Shown here in pieces: positions 51,129-63,611 of a DNA stretch of 64,000 bases. A program made the position numbers and the translations under genes. The stretch's first letter is position 1. Each line of letters starts with the position of its first letter. This DNA comes from Moniliella sp. 'wahieum'. Taxonomy: Eukaryota. The notes under the pieces were generated by a model. That model was not told where the DNA came from. It made no database searches and saw only the letters and a program-made list of their open reading frames with translations. Location of the stretch: NCBI GenBank assembly GCA_003971905.1, contig RSEE01000036.1, forward strand, positions 310,001 to 374,000, written 5' to 3'.

Positions 51129-54100
51129 CTACTCTTCAGAAAGGCGGGGGGTGCTGAGCCAAATGGGAGAGACCCATGCGTCAGGCATCTGCGGAGAACA
51201 GTCAATCACGCTTACCCTGCGAAAAGCATGCAAGGAGGAGAGTGCGCACCAGCAAAATATGTTCAGCAAAACGTAAGAAGCGTTTGGCGTATTCGGACGG
51301 GGTGATCTGGCCAAAAATCAGTCGGCATCAGCACCAACGTTATGAAGTTGGAGAGAAAGCGACGCACCACTGTTGGTTCACCAGGTGGTCCAATGAGACC
51401 ATTCCCTTTCATGAAGGTCTCAACTCGTTCCTTCCACTCGTACGGACGGAAGAAGTCTGTCCACCACCCCGAGTCACAGCGTCAGCAATATGTCTGCACA
51501 TGAAGAGTTCACCCTCAATAAGTTACTGGGAGAGCAGGGGAGAGAGAAAGGGACGTACCAACAATCCCAACAACCAACTCTCGGGAAGTGGGAACCACGC
51601 CAACTACAAGTGAATAGTCCATCATCCCTTGTTCAGAAAGGAAGCGTGTGTCGTTAGAGAGGGCGGTAAGAAGGCGGCGTTTGCTGGACTCGGTGATAAA
51701 CAGCGGGCGTTTTTCCGGTGCAGCCAACGCGGTAAAGTTGGCATCGAGCAGCACCGTCCCTTGACTGGCCGGCTCGGGGGGCACAAAGCGGTTGCGCAGC
51801 GATCCTTTGAGGTCAAACAGTCTCCACCTCACCTAGGAATGGATTGGAGAGTAGGGGGTGTCTGACCTGGCCCTCCGACCATAGAACAAATCCTCCATCA
51901 CGATGCAGTCGATTTTCTCGGGTTTGTGCAGTGGTCCATCAAACACCTCCAGGCGGAAGAGTCCCAAAACACGAGCCAAGGCCGAGGGGTGGGAGGGGCC
52001 ATCAATCCCCAGGCAAGTAGCCAGATGAGAAAAGTAGGCAGGGACAAATGTGGTCAAGGTATTGAGTTCAGTGCGGGTAAGGGTCTTGATGATAAACCGT
52101 CGGTCCAACGAACGATGGAACGAGGCATTGGATTTGCCACCTTTTGCTCTCCACGGCTGGCAACGGGCAAGCGAGGCAACAAAAGCGGCACGATCGACTC
52201 CCACGGCTTGACGCAGGGCGGCAAACTGCTGTGCATAAAACACACGAACAATCAGGAGTGGGGCGCCAGGCGCATGAAACTGGAACCGCATATGTGTCCC
52301 AGTTGGAGTACGCAGCGTTGGGCCCAATTCTGCTGTGCTGCCACCGCACACGGAAGGATGGAGGCGCTCCATCTGTGCCATGTACTCGTCGCTGTCAAGT
52401 GTGAGGGCGATGGCAGAGATGGGCTCCTTGCTCCACAGCGGGACAGACGAATTGGGAAACAAATGAACACCGCGTAGTGGTCGCTCCAGAGGAGAGAGAC
52501 GGTCTGAGGCGGATCCCCACAGGTCCACAAAACTGCGGAAGAGGGAAGGTTCTCTCTCCTTGTCCTCATCTATCGAGATCCATGATTGCGCGGGGATTCA
52601 GCATCTTCCTTCCCGGTTGCGCCGGTGAAGGGGACAGGCAATGAGCGAACGCGTGTATCGTCCAACTGCGAAGGAAGCGGCGCCGCACCAATCTCCGAGT
52701 CGAACACCGACTCAGAATCGGACTCGGCTCCAGTCTCGTCCCACGTCGAATCGGACAATGCCTCTTCAACATCGCAAAAGACGACCACTTGTTGATCGCG
52801 ACGACGACGGGCGAGGGTACGAAGGTAGGGGTGTAGGAGAATGGAAGGATGTGAGTGAGATGCAGGAGGTCGACGAGGACGCACTGGCGCCGTACGCAGA
52901 CCAGAGCGGCGGCGCCGTGAAGAAATGATGGTTGTTGAAGAGCGACGGGGGTCTAGCGAAGGACGCTTGCGATGGGGCCGCGGGGTAGATGGTTGGATCG
53001 CGGTGGAAGAAGCTAAGGAATGACGCACTTTGGGAATGGGGGACGCAAAGTTCTCAGTGGCCCTGACCAGGAAAGACTAGAGGGTGCGGGGGCACTCCGC
53101 TGGGTAGGGTCAGTCACGATGATCGGGGGAGGTGCCGGACGTCCTTTCTCCTCGGTCGACCCGCTCGAACTGGGTGTACGGGGAGGGATTGGAAGATCGT
53201 TCGGTCCTGGAGGGCTGTCCGGCGAAACAGACCGAGCACTTGAAGGCAAACTCCACTTCCCCAAGCCGCTGGCAAAAGACAGCCGATGACGCCATTCGTT
53301 GCGAGGGAAAACTTCTGCCTCGTATTCGGCCAGACGTCCCTCCCACGCGTCCGCCTCGATCCCAAGTTCACGCCAAAAGAAAATTAAGGCGCTCATCTCG
53401 CAAGACAGAAACCGGGTGCGCATCTCAATCAAAAGGGATTCCCTCGCCTTGACAAGTTCCGTGAAAAGTTCGCCACCATGCACGATGGCCCGGGACCGTA
53501 TGTCTGGATCCGAACCCTTTTCAGCTTCGGTCATCAAGCTTCAAGTCGAGCCCGCGCACTGTCCCACCATGCGGTTGTGCGAGACGTAAGCTGTGCCAGC
53601 TCGTCGACCCTCCTGGCATATTGTAGGTCAGCTCTTGCCACCAGCGTAGTCGCGGGAAGTACTACGTCAAACGTATCGACAAGCGATACAAAGTTGGACC
53701 TCATAACCGCAATAGACGAAAATGTGCACGCCGAAATGGGTGCAAGTGAGCGGGGGACCATACAACGCAAGCAACACGAGTTGGGTAAACGAGAGAGATC
53801 GCTCGTCACCTACATGTTCAAGATTGGTACGAAGGTGGCAAGTAGGGCAGGCATGGCACCGGTAAAGTGAAGCATCGAGGCGCTCCTCACGAATGATGCG
53901 CGACCCGTAGATCGACTCTCCTGCCAGCATGGAAAAAGGTAGTTGTGTGTTCCCCCTCGCATGGCACGGCAAACGGGCAAGGGGCCGTGACCAGGTCAGG
54001 AATGGCCCGACCCACAGACTTGTCCCCCTCGCCGTACAAGGTCGTTTCAACCAAGTGGGGCCTGAACTGACTCTCTTCTCTTCCCCCACGGTGCAAGTGA

Positions 54101-56129
54101 CAAGTTGCATCCAAATCACCTTCTCACAAGGGAGTTCAGGCGGAGCACCCCCCCTTTGGAGTGGAATATGGTCCATGCGTTCACCTGTTGGTCGACACAA
54201 GTCTTCAATGTTTGCAACTCCACCTCGGCCGCGCGCTCATCTGCTTGAGCTCCAAGGTGGGAGGGCTTATTATCCGAAGGATCAAGTCGTTTTCAGATCC
54301 TGTCATTTTCCCTTGCTGTTCTCTTTGAGACAAAGGGCGAAGAGCGAGCAGACGTTTGCGGACATCCGCCACTTGGTGGGCCAACTCGACCAGCCGTTGG
54401 ATAGGTTGGGGTGGGGGAATGCGTATAACACAGGAAAGGGATGTGGCACCATCCACATACTGAGACAAATAGTCTGGGCGGAGGGATGAAGGGAGCGAGA
54501 CAAGGTCCTGAAGACGGAATAGCGAGAATGTTACAAGAGTGGGGCACCGAGGAGGAAGGCAGAAGGGGGGTTCTCCAAATCCGTTCAAGGCGGAGGTTGT
54601 ACGCGACATGGGCGACCAAAAGGGCAGTATTTCCGACCCAATCCAATTGTTTGAGGGGTGCTGGAGTCGAAATGAGGAAAGAGCCAATTGATCTCTGGTT
54701 AGGCTTGCCCTGTAGCTTCATCAACGCGAGCGCCCGACCTCTCCACCAGAAGGGTGCAGGGTGAAGTCTTGAACATCAAAGAAGGTCGCCTCTCCTACCG
54801 CCGAGGGGTCCAAGTCAGAGGGAGATGAGGTGATCTGTGCGCCGTGCATTGACTGACCGCATCTAGTTCAGAAGCGGTGCACCCAGGCAAGAGAACAACG
54901 CCCGCTCTCTCCAGTTGGTCCACGACCCATCGCGAAATGATGCCCAGGCGCTGATGACCAGTTGGGGTTTTAAAGCGAGGAGGGATTGCACAAGGTAAAC
55001 AAGATAAGCCTGTTCTTCTCTTTGCACCGTAGTCAGGTCCGTCACCTCTCCCATCTCTCCTACATAGACCAGGGAAAGGAAACGAGCACCACTCGAGCCG
55101 AAGAAAAGGCAGGAGCCGGCGCATGGCCTTCGATGCAACGTCCTTGAGCGATACCACTCCCTTGACATAGCGTATTCCACCTCGTCCTGGCAAGGGGAGC
55201 ACGCGAAGGTGCTCGCGCAGGCCCATGTCCCTGTTCTCCGGCTCAATCTGAAGGCGGGCAATCGCTTTGAGTGCAAGCTGTAGCACTGTGTCTCGCCAGA
55301 TTGGATGCTCTTCCAGTAGGTGGGCGGCATAGGACGAGAGATAAGCCATCTCGTCACCCCAAGCGAAGGATGAAGAGGACTGAGACGGCTGAAGAGGCGT
55401 GCGCGAATAGGCGCTGGCGGGTCTCTCTTGATTTCAGCAGACGAGATGGAGCACAGATACGCAGGGGCGGTCTGGCTGCGCGGCTCGGCCGCTGCGGCTA
55501 GCGTAAGATCATATCCTTGGACACAGGCTTCGCATGCGCGGACCCAGGCAGGCCCCTGTGAGTGAGGATGCGGCGTTCTCCGCTAGCACACGACGCACAG
55601 AAAATGAGTCCACATAGACGGCAGTCTGCACCACCCAATAGTCAGCATGTGAGAGGGAACGGGAACGGGAGCGAGAGCGAGAGGGTGGAAAACGATACGA
55701 TGGCGCCGGCGCAACGCATAAAATGGACGTTCGCAGCGTGTGCAGACTGATGCTGCTTCGTCGGGCATCCAGGTGGGTTGTGGGCTGGAGGGTATTGACT
55801 CGGCACCATCTGGGTCGGGGTCATGGAGGAAAGCCTGCCAGGCAGGTACAGAGTCGGTGGTGATCGCGGTTGCTGCTGCGGTTGAATTAGATGGTTAGGT
55901 GGAGATGGGGGTCGGGGTTGAGGAGGAGGAGACGACTGAAGTTGAAGTTGGAGTTGCAGGGGCGGTGGCCGTGGCGACGGCTCTGGCTGGGGTTGGCGAG
56001 GCGGCAGAGTGGGGGGGCTGGGGGCGGCGGGAGGAACGAGAGCAGAGAGGACGCAGAGAGCAAACTGCGGCTACGCGCTGGCGCCGCATTGTACTCGGGG
56101 TCGAGGCCAAAGCTCACCAGGGATGCCAT
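51129..56129 (-). CDS. FAB1: Fab1/PIKfyve phosphatidylinositol-3-phosphate 5-kinase (compact, divergent)
   Basis: FYVE domain WMPDE..CTRC..RRRH^HCRLCGLIFCASC (intron 55626-55698) and a TCP1-like region. PIPK motifs GGKSNASF, FIIKTL, MEDLF, FDLKGSLRNR, MDYSL, GIV^DFFRPY, PTV^ITPSEYAKRF. Introns 51457-51558, 51307-51367 and 51189-51249. Confidence 0.92.
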
Positions 56130-56778
56130 GCGCGTGTATGCGAGGAGGAGGAGGAGAGGAGGAGGAGGCGGAAGAGGCAAAGAAGAGAGGAGGGGCGGTG
56201 ATTAGTACGTGACGTTGGGGCTTGGTTTGCCCAATCGCTTTCAAACGCCGAGGTTTGGGGCGAAGCTGGTGGCTGCGCCGAGTGGGTGTGGCAGCGTAGG
56301 AGAGTCTGCGCCCGCACTCGACTAGGAAGAGGGTGGCTGAGGCAGTGAGGGCGCCCAAACGCGCTGTCCTCGGCGTGTACAAAGCCAGCGCGATGCTGTT
56401 TGTGCCTGGCGGCTGGCACCAGACAGAGCACTGGAGGCTATCATATATCAGCTCCCCTCGGCACCCGCCATGGCCATGCAGTTGATATGCTTTGACACCT
56501 GAGATCGGAGGCGACGGATGAGATCGATGAGTGGAGGAGTCCAGTAATAGAGTAGTGCGTACGACCCCTGAGCGCTGAGCTGACCACCCTGAGACCCTGG
56601 CTGGACCCTGGTAATCTCTTCGGCTTGAGTCAAGGCTCTGCTCGTTTACTGCTGGTACGCATGGGACGAACGCCACGCTCACTAGCTTCTACCCACCCTC
56701 TCACTCGAACCCATACGAAATACTTTTCACAGGCAGATAGATACTGGCCCTTGTTCGCGCCCTCCACTAATCTTATCC

Positions 56779-57878
56779 TCAGGAAAAGTACTCGGGCAGC
56801 AGGAAACTCAGGTTCGCCTTGGCCTGTGCTGGGATGGCATGCGGCTTGGTGACAATCGCAAACTTCATACTGCCACGAAGTGCCTTGTTGGACGCCGACT
56901 CGGCATTGGCCGCCTCGGCATGCACCGTGTCCAGCACCCCCAGCACCACTTCTTGCGACGCAACCACATTGTGCTGCAGCACCGCCATCACCTGCTCCAC
57001 CGTCACAGCCCCCTCATGCGCCCGCCACGCATCGTAGTCCGTTGCCGTTGCCACCAGCACATATCCTAACTCGGCCTCGCGTGCCAGCTTGGCCTCGGCA
57101 AGACAGACATGTTGATAATGTCGCCGCCCAGTTGGCGGTAGACGTTGCTCTCGGCCCGTGTCGAAAACGCCGGACCCTCCATGCAGACCACACACTTGTC
57201 CCCATGCACATGCACCTCGGGCGCTGCCGTCTTGAGCACGTCACGCACCTTGTTCTCAACCAGCGACCGTAGGTGCTCATCGAACGGGTCGCCAAACATG
57301 GCGTGGGCCACAACCGACGACTCCTCCCCGTCGCCAAAGAACGAGGCACGGCGGACCCCCTTGGTGCGATCAAGGATTTGGGAAGGAACAATGAAATCCT
57401 TTGGACGCACTTCTTCCCGCAGACTGCCAACGCAGAGAAGGCAACGATGGTGCGGACACCAAGGTGCTTGAGGGCGGCAATGTTGGCCAACGCAGGCACC
57501 TTGCTCGGCGGCACTTCGTGGGCAACGCCATGGCGGGCAAGGAAAGCAATATGCACACCACTTGGAAGTTTGGCGACAGTGATGGGCGAGCTGGGCTTGC
57601 CCCAGGGCTAGACACGGGGTAATGGGAGTTGTTAGTCCACGCATGTACCCCGTGGGAACCCGTGATAGGATCCGGAGCCAAGCAGTACGCACCGTGTCAG
57701 GATGGACCTGGGTGACCACCTCGACGCCGCGCAGGTGGTAGAGGCCGGAGCCGCCAATGACGCCAACGCGAACGCCAAGCTGCTGCACCTGAGTGACGGA
57801 GAGGTCATGGTGATGGTGGGCAAAGGGGGCCAGCAGCGAAGGGAAAAGACCGCAACGACGGATTGTGAGCTGCGCCAT
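56779..57878 (-). CDS. MEU1: S-methyl-5'-thioadenosine phosphorylase
   Basis: [11 protein letters not shown]^PWG (intron 57608-57692), [46 protein letters not shown]. Confidence 0.95.
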
Positions 57879-57985
57879 GGGCAATGGCCTGGATGTGGAC
57901 TGGACAGCAAGATACTGATTGAGCCGAGGGGGCGTGAGCGGATGTTGCAATTGTGTTGGGCACGTGACGGCAGCGACGGGCGAGG

Positions 57986-58011
57986 TGACCGGTGACCGGT
58001 GACCGGTGACC
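57986..58011. repeat. 5+2 heptamer array (TGACC-GG)x3-TGACC
   Basis: Read directly from sequence; lies about 110 bp upstream of the MEU1 ATG. Confidence 0.95.
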
Positions 58012-58621
58012 AGTGAAGCTAGTGAGTTGTCTCCCATGGCTCATCTCTTTCCTTCGATCTCTATGCCCTTCGCACGCTCAGGCGGCGCACCGCACCCGTA
58101 TGGGAGGGGCCCCTGTCAGCGTAATGGGGAACCCATTCGTTAGGAGTGGGGGACGAGCACATCCATTGTGGCGGAGGCCTGGCATGCGAGGACATGCGCC
58201 AGATGGTATCACCCAGGGTGGGGCTAGGGCCGAGGCGGCTGGCAGGCAATGGCCAGCCTACTTTCCGCCCATCGGCGGAAATGGCCTGGGACGAAGGTGA
58301 CGAACATGTGATGTGCTCCAACGTCGTTTGTTTGGATTGGGGTGCGCTGGGATGCCTGAGCCTCAGGCCCTCAGCCTCAGCGGGCCTCGGTAGGCCTCGG
58401 CGCCCCTCGGGCCCGACCTAGGTGACACCAGCCCAGCGCGAGGGCAGTGTGCCAGGCGTGCCCGGTTTGGCAAGGCCCCTCTCCCCCAACCGACACCTGG
58501 CTGTGCCGCGCGTCCACGTATTCCGCGCGAAGGGCTCAGGCTCAGGCTCAGCGCTAACCTTGGCCTGGCCAACCGCACCCTCCGCTTCACCCACCACCAG
58601 CATCTTCTTTTCTAGCCCCCC

Positions 58622-59730
58622 ATGGAAGCTCGCCAGAACGCGTGGGTCGTGCCGCTCAGCTTCAACACTGGTATGTTGCCGCCCCAGGCCTCATGCGTTT
58701 GTGGCCATGGCGCTGGAGCGAGAGCTGACTGGTGTGCTCAGTCGACGAACGGGTGATGCCTGTACTCGTTGCGGGCGGTCTTCTGGCGTTGGTGGGGGCA
58801 TTTGTCCTCAAGCAAGCGTTGGACCTGGCCCGTGTTGTGGCCGGCGCCTATGTCCTCAAGGGCACTTCGCTCAATAAGTACAAGAACAAGAACAACGCCC
58901 CCACCTGGGCCCTCGTTACGGGCGCCACCGATGGGATTGGCAAGGAGTTTGCCTTGCAACTCGCTGCCAAAGGGTTCCATTTGGTCATTGCGTCACGCAC
59001 TCCCTCCAAGTTGGCAGCGACGCAGGCTGAGATTGTGGCCCAGACGCCTTCGGCCCAGGTCGAGACGGTGGTCATCGACTTTGCCCAAGCTGGTGCAGCA
59101 GAATACGCCAGGCTCAAGGCTGCGTTGGGCACAAAGGATGTGGGTGTGCTGGTGAACAATGTGGGCGTATCGCACTCTGGTCCTGTGCTCTTTGCCCAGA
59201 CCCCTGAGGCTGAGCTGGCGCAGATTGTACAGATCAACATTTCGGCCACCCTGGCAGTGACGCAAGTGGTGCTGCCCGGCATGATGGAACGGCGACGTGG
59301 TCTGGTACTCAATCTGGGTAGCTTTGCTGGCGCCTTCCCCACCCCGCTACTGGCTACCTACTCCGGTTCGAAGGCCTTCTTGGCGGCCTGGTCCCAGAGC
59401 GTGGCAAGCGAGATGGCACCGCTGGGAGTGGATGTGGAACTGGTCAACACATACTTTGTCGTGTCTAACATGAGCAAAATTCGCCGCTCCTCTCGCATGA
59501 TTCCTCTGCCGCGGGACTATGTTCGGCAAGTGCTGACCACCATCGGTCGCCCGGTCGGCGCTGTGGGGCGTGCCTTCACCTCTACCCCGTGGCCTGGCCA
59601 TGCACTGATGGACTGGGCGTTGAGCCGGTTCGTGCCCGAGTCCATCCTCTTCTCTCAGTCGCGGGCGATGCAGGTCTCAATCCAGAAGCGAGCCGAGCGC
59701 AAGAAGCTGCGAGAAGCGAAGGCGCAGTAA
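58622..59730 (+). CDS. IFA38: Very-long-chain 3-oxoacyl-CoA reductase (Ifa38/KAR-like SDR)
   Basis: WALVTGATDGIGKEFALQLA, VLVNNVG, catalytic YSGSK, FVVSNMSKIRR, C-terminal basic tail. Intron 58671-58741. Confidence 0.9.
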
Positions 59731-60167
59731 AGGGGCAGCTGCAGCAACATCGAAATGGGTGTGCCATGCGCTCTGCTCAGCTGGGCGTTGAGCTGGGACT
59801 ATGCGGTCCGCCGAATACGCCCGGACGTCGGTGTACGGTGCCGTGAAGTCTAAACACTCGTTCGGAACTGTTTGCCGTCGATAATTGATGTGACGTGTGA
59901 CGCTTGCTTGCAGCTCGGATGATGGCATGCCCCTGAGCCTGATCAGGAGTGGGAACGCAACGGAAAGTATCGGAATAAGGAGGCTAGCTACATGGATGGA
60001 CCTCGTGTATATCATGCACCGCATGCATCCCATACCTCAAATGAAATACATCATCGACATCATCCATTGTGCATCAGTGTAACAGTGTGGTCTGCGTCTG
60101 TGGTCTGCGTCAACTCCAAGAGTTGTGACAGTAGTCTGAGCCATCAAAACATACAACAGACCATTGT

Positions 60168-60364
60168 TGTTTTTGAGCCACAGAAGGGTGACTAGGGTGT
60201 TTGGTTAAGTCCCTCAGTCTCTCTCCAGGCTTAAGACGGTACAGCCTAGCTCCTGGTGTAACCCGTCTGTAGGTGTTGCTGCTTGGCTTAGATCCCCACC
60301 ACTGCTAGGGCGATTGCATCACCCTGGATGGCCATCAGATCTCAGAGGACTCCAGGTCGCATCA
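60168..60364 (+). mobile_element. Solo LTR copy D (old, internally deleted)
   Basis: TGTTTTTGAGCCA..GGACTCCAGGTCGCATCA aligns with copy B (CTGTAGG-GTTGCTG-TTGGCTTAGA..GCGATTGCATCACCCT); flanks ATTGT/ATTGC (4/5 TSD match). Confidence 0.7.
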
Positions 60365-62033
60365 ATTGCAGAGCAGTAGTAGACTCGTTTGCCCCCGTTG
60401 GTGTGGCTTGAAGTTTGAAGTATGGCTATTGAATGCTTGCCAAGTCAGGTCCTGATCCTGCCACAGGCCCCAGGATGGGATGCAAAAGCACACAGCGATT
60501 GATTCGCGGGGGGCGGAAGAGACAATAATGCGTGGTGGAAAGGAAGGAGGGAGTGGGATGATTGATGGTCGTCGACGATCCAGCCCCCCCACTTATACTT
60601 GTGCGAGGCGGCCCCGTTCCGCCTCTGTTCCGCCCCTGCTCCGCCCCTGCTCCGCCCGTCCCGTTGCCCCTCTGGCTGCCTTCCCCACCGTTGTATCTCC
60701 CTTGCTGGCCCCCCAACAGTACTATCCCGCACGCTGTGATGCATGATGTTGGCCTGCAGGAGGGTCGATATAGATCACAGATAACTTCGATAACTATTAG
60801 ATAATCGATAGCTAGTAGCTGCCACTCCTGGACACAGCAGACACGCCGTGTAGTGCTTGAAGCTTGAGTGGACTCGAGGCTGTCCCCTCCTGTGCACTTA
60901 TTCATGCCATGCATCATAACCATACCCCACAGGACCTCCCCCGGGACCGACATGCCAGTGAACGTCAGCGTTTAAGCCCCCCCGAGGCAGTACCCGTTTG
61001 CCATTAACAACGTTCAACGTTGAACGATACGTTGAACGTTCAACTGTAGTCAACTAGCCGACCAGACGCAAGAAACCGATTTTTCTCACGCTCCTTAGTT
61101 GCTCCGGCACGCGTCACTAATAGCTCCGCCTCGATAGCCGACGGGTAACGCGTTCGCATAACGGGTAAATCCAGTGAACGTATGGCAGGTATAGTGAGTA
61201 ATGCTGCTTACTGACATGATAGTACGGAGGGACTGAGTACTGCAGGGTCTCAGGTGTGGGGAATGTCGTCGAACGTCGAACATGAGTCGACGCCGAAAAT
61301 GCTCCCCCCATTGTCTTTCCGGGCGTTCGGCTAATCAGCGCCAGCATCCAGAGCAGCGCTCATCACAGGCGCTCTGCTGCACTGATACTTAAGGCCTTTG
61401 GGAGCCAACGTTACGCGCCATAGCTCATCGCGCCATCGTCAACGCGACGCTCAACGCGCGCTCCAACGTTCGACATGATCAACGTTCAATAGAAGGCACT
61501 GTGCCCCCCGCCGCGAGCCAATGAGAGTTGCTCGTGCGAGCGTCCACAGCGGGTGCGGTCTACATTCCCGCGGCTTGGCCATCCTACTTCAAACGTCTTC
61601 AACTGCTTCAAGCTTCCGCATTGCAGTACTAATCGGTGGGCTGTGCAACGTCACGTAGCTTTGGTTCTGATGCGGCGATGCGATACTATAGTGATGGCTT
61701 ATCAGCCTAGAGGACTGCATCGTTTTGCTCACTAGCACGGGAATAGGTTCAACCTTCGGATGCTGCCGTCTGTTTCAGCTGCTCAACTCGCCCTCCTTTC
61801 CTCTCGGGCTGATACTGTCCAATGATCACAGAATGAGCAGGTCATGTTGACAAAATCTTTTGAAGGATTCTGGACTGCTGCCGGCGGCTTGCGCAGTCGG
61901 AATGTATGGCTTTGCGGCGACTGCTCCCCATTCCAAATCCGAGCATTCCCTACCTCAACGACGATCCCCTATACATTGCCATATCCTCCCTGCCCTGCTT
62001 GCTCCTTACCACCAACATCTTAGAGGGGCAGTC

Positions 62034-63054
62034 ATGCGTCCTTTCCGCCTCTCGTCCTCATTTTACTCGTTGTGGCCGCAACCGCTCTGGCCAAGAGCCA
62101 ACAGGTTACTTCAATCCAGCACTAGAGAGGCAATAACATGGCTCACTGTGCGTTTTTTTCCCCTTGCTTTCGTCTGGCTTGTATGCGGACGCCATTTTAT
62201 TATGAACAGCGTGTCCGAAGCATACGGACCGCGAGAATGACTTTTACTAACCTTGTTCTCTCTCTTCAGTTCCTTGGAGCCTCGTTCTCCTCGGCGAGCC
62301 TCTCAACGTCATCATTTTCCGGCGATTCCAGCCCCGCTCCTGAATGTGACGGGGCTAATGCGATGGGCTGAGGACATGGGCTATGGACGTGAAGTACGTT
62401 GACTCTCCCCCTCTTACCATGCATACCTGCATGAGCCGTATATTGATGCGCTCTTCCTCTCTTCTAGTGCTTTGGGTTACATGAGGGTATCAAGCAGCAA
62501 GCCAACTGGGTGACGGGCGTGGATGGCAAGCTCAGGAGCTCGAACTTCGATGGTTGTATGGCAACTCCCGTATTGGGCGCTTGCGACGAAACGTTCCGGG
62601 GCGGAAGCCACTTTCGTGCCTTTCAACAAGCAGGGACCAACGCCTGGTTCCTGTCTGTCTCCAATGAGATGAACATCTTTGCTCACCATCGTATCACGGT
62701 ACGTTATCCTCTTTGAAAGAGAGTGTGGAGTTGCAGACACTGATTCTATGTCTGCTTTCGCGATTGTGTGTGATGTTTTACTTGTTAACACAGGCGGACG
62801 GGTATATGCGTAAGTCGTCTCCTCGCATCTCCATTTGGCCTTCAAAGAACCCTTCATAATGCTGACCCATTTTTCGCCCAGTGGCCGCGACAAACTTGTG
62901 GGCGAAGCCCAGCGACACCGGAAGTATAATGGGGGGAATACAACACGACCGTTCAGTACATCTCGGGCTGGCTCCCAACCGGTTCCGATAACATCCACCA
63001 TGATGTGTCAATTGTGGACGAACTGCGGTCTTGACCATCAAGGAACTCGTATAG
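62034..63054 (+). CDS. Small secreted fungal protein of unknown function; four introns and a micro-exon
   Basis: Signal peptide LVLILLVVAATALAK, then GEPLNVII, CFGLHEG..QQAN, GACDETFRGGSHFRAFQQ, AWFLSVSNE, GRDKLVG. Introns 62148-62269, 62394-62467, 62699-62793 and 62810-62881. I recall these motifs from a conserved basidiomycete hypothetical family. Confidence 0.75.
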
Positions 63055-63592
63055 CACCTCTTCAAGACATACCCCTCGTCCAGCCGTGCCTCGTCTGTTG
63101 GGGCGATGCCCCAATCACGCCATCCTGCGTGATAGTCATCACCCCTCTTATCCGCCGATATCCCGGGAAGCTTCCTCAGCTCCGCGGTACCCTCGTCTAT
63201 ATAAGGCCCTACCCTTCTCATAGCCTCCTGTACCTCTCCTCAGAACCACATCCTCCATTCCACTCCTCCTTCAGCATCGTCGACTCAATTTCACCGCCGT
63301 CCACTGACTGCCACCGGCGGACTTTCATTGGCAGAACCACGGCCTGCTAATACTGTTTTTCGTCTCTGCTCATCATCTTTTGCTGCCTACCGTTTTCCTC
63401 TCCCGGGATGTGGACTATGCTACAACCACCACCAAGCACCCTGTTAATACTCAACTGTCACACCTTCATTCATCGTTTCACCCCTATCCGTCCCTCAATA
63501 ACATGTAACACCCTCACATCTGCTCAGCCGATCTTGTTTCTTATTGCCCCACCGTTACATCTGGCGTAGCACTCGGTGGCTATAGGTGAGGG

Positions 63593-63611
63593 TGAGGCCT
63601 GAGGCCTGAGG
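63593..63611. repeat. 5+2 heptamer array TGAGG-CC-TGAGG-CC-TGAGG
   Basis: Read directly from sequence. Confidence 0.95.

Noticed and set aside
49018..56129. CCT7 adjacent to FAB1, which has a TCP1-like domain, as a duplication or functional cluster
   Set aside because: The TCP1-like domain is a general Fab1/PIKfyve feature; no DNA similarity is visible and the adjacency is likely coincidental.
13267..57878. Frameshifts in nearly every gene (HOG1, SAR1, CCT7, FAB1, MEU1) read as mass pseudogenisation or programmed frameshifting
   Set aside because: They hit essential genes whose amino-acid sequence is otherwise highly conserved, and they are mostly 1-2 nt losses in short runs (e.g. HOG1 ACCGTTCGAG, AAGCCTCAAG). 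This is typical of an unpolished long-read consensus.
2621..59955. GTGGGAA CSL-type sites (e.g. 2622, 38337, 47639, 57652, 59949) as a local regulon
   Set aside because: A handful of hits to a 7-mer in 64 kb is near chance, and most lie in CDS, introns or 3' regions.
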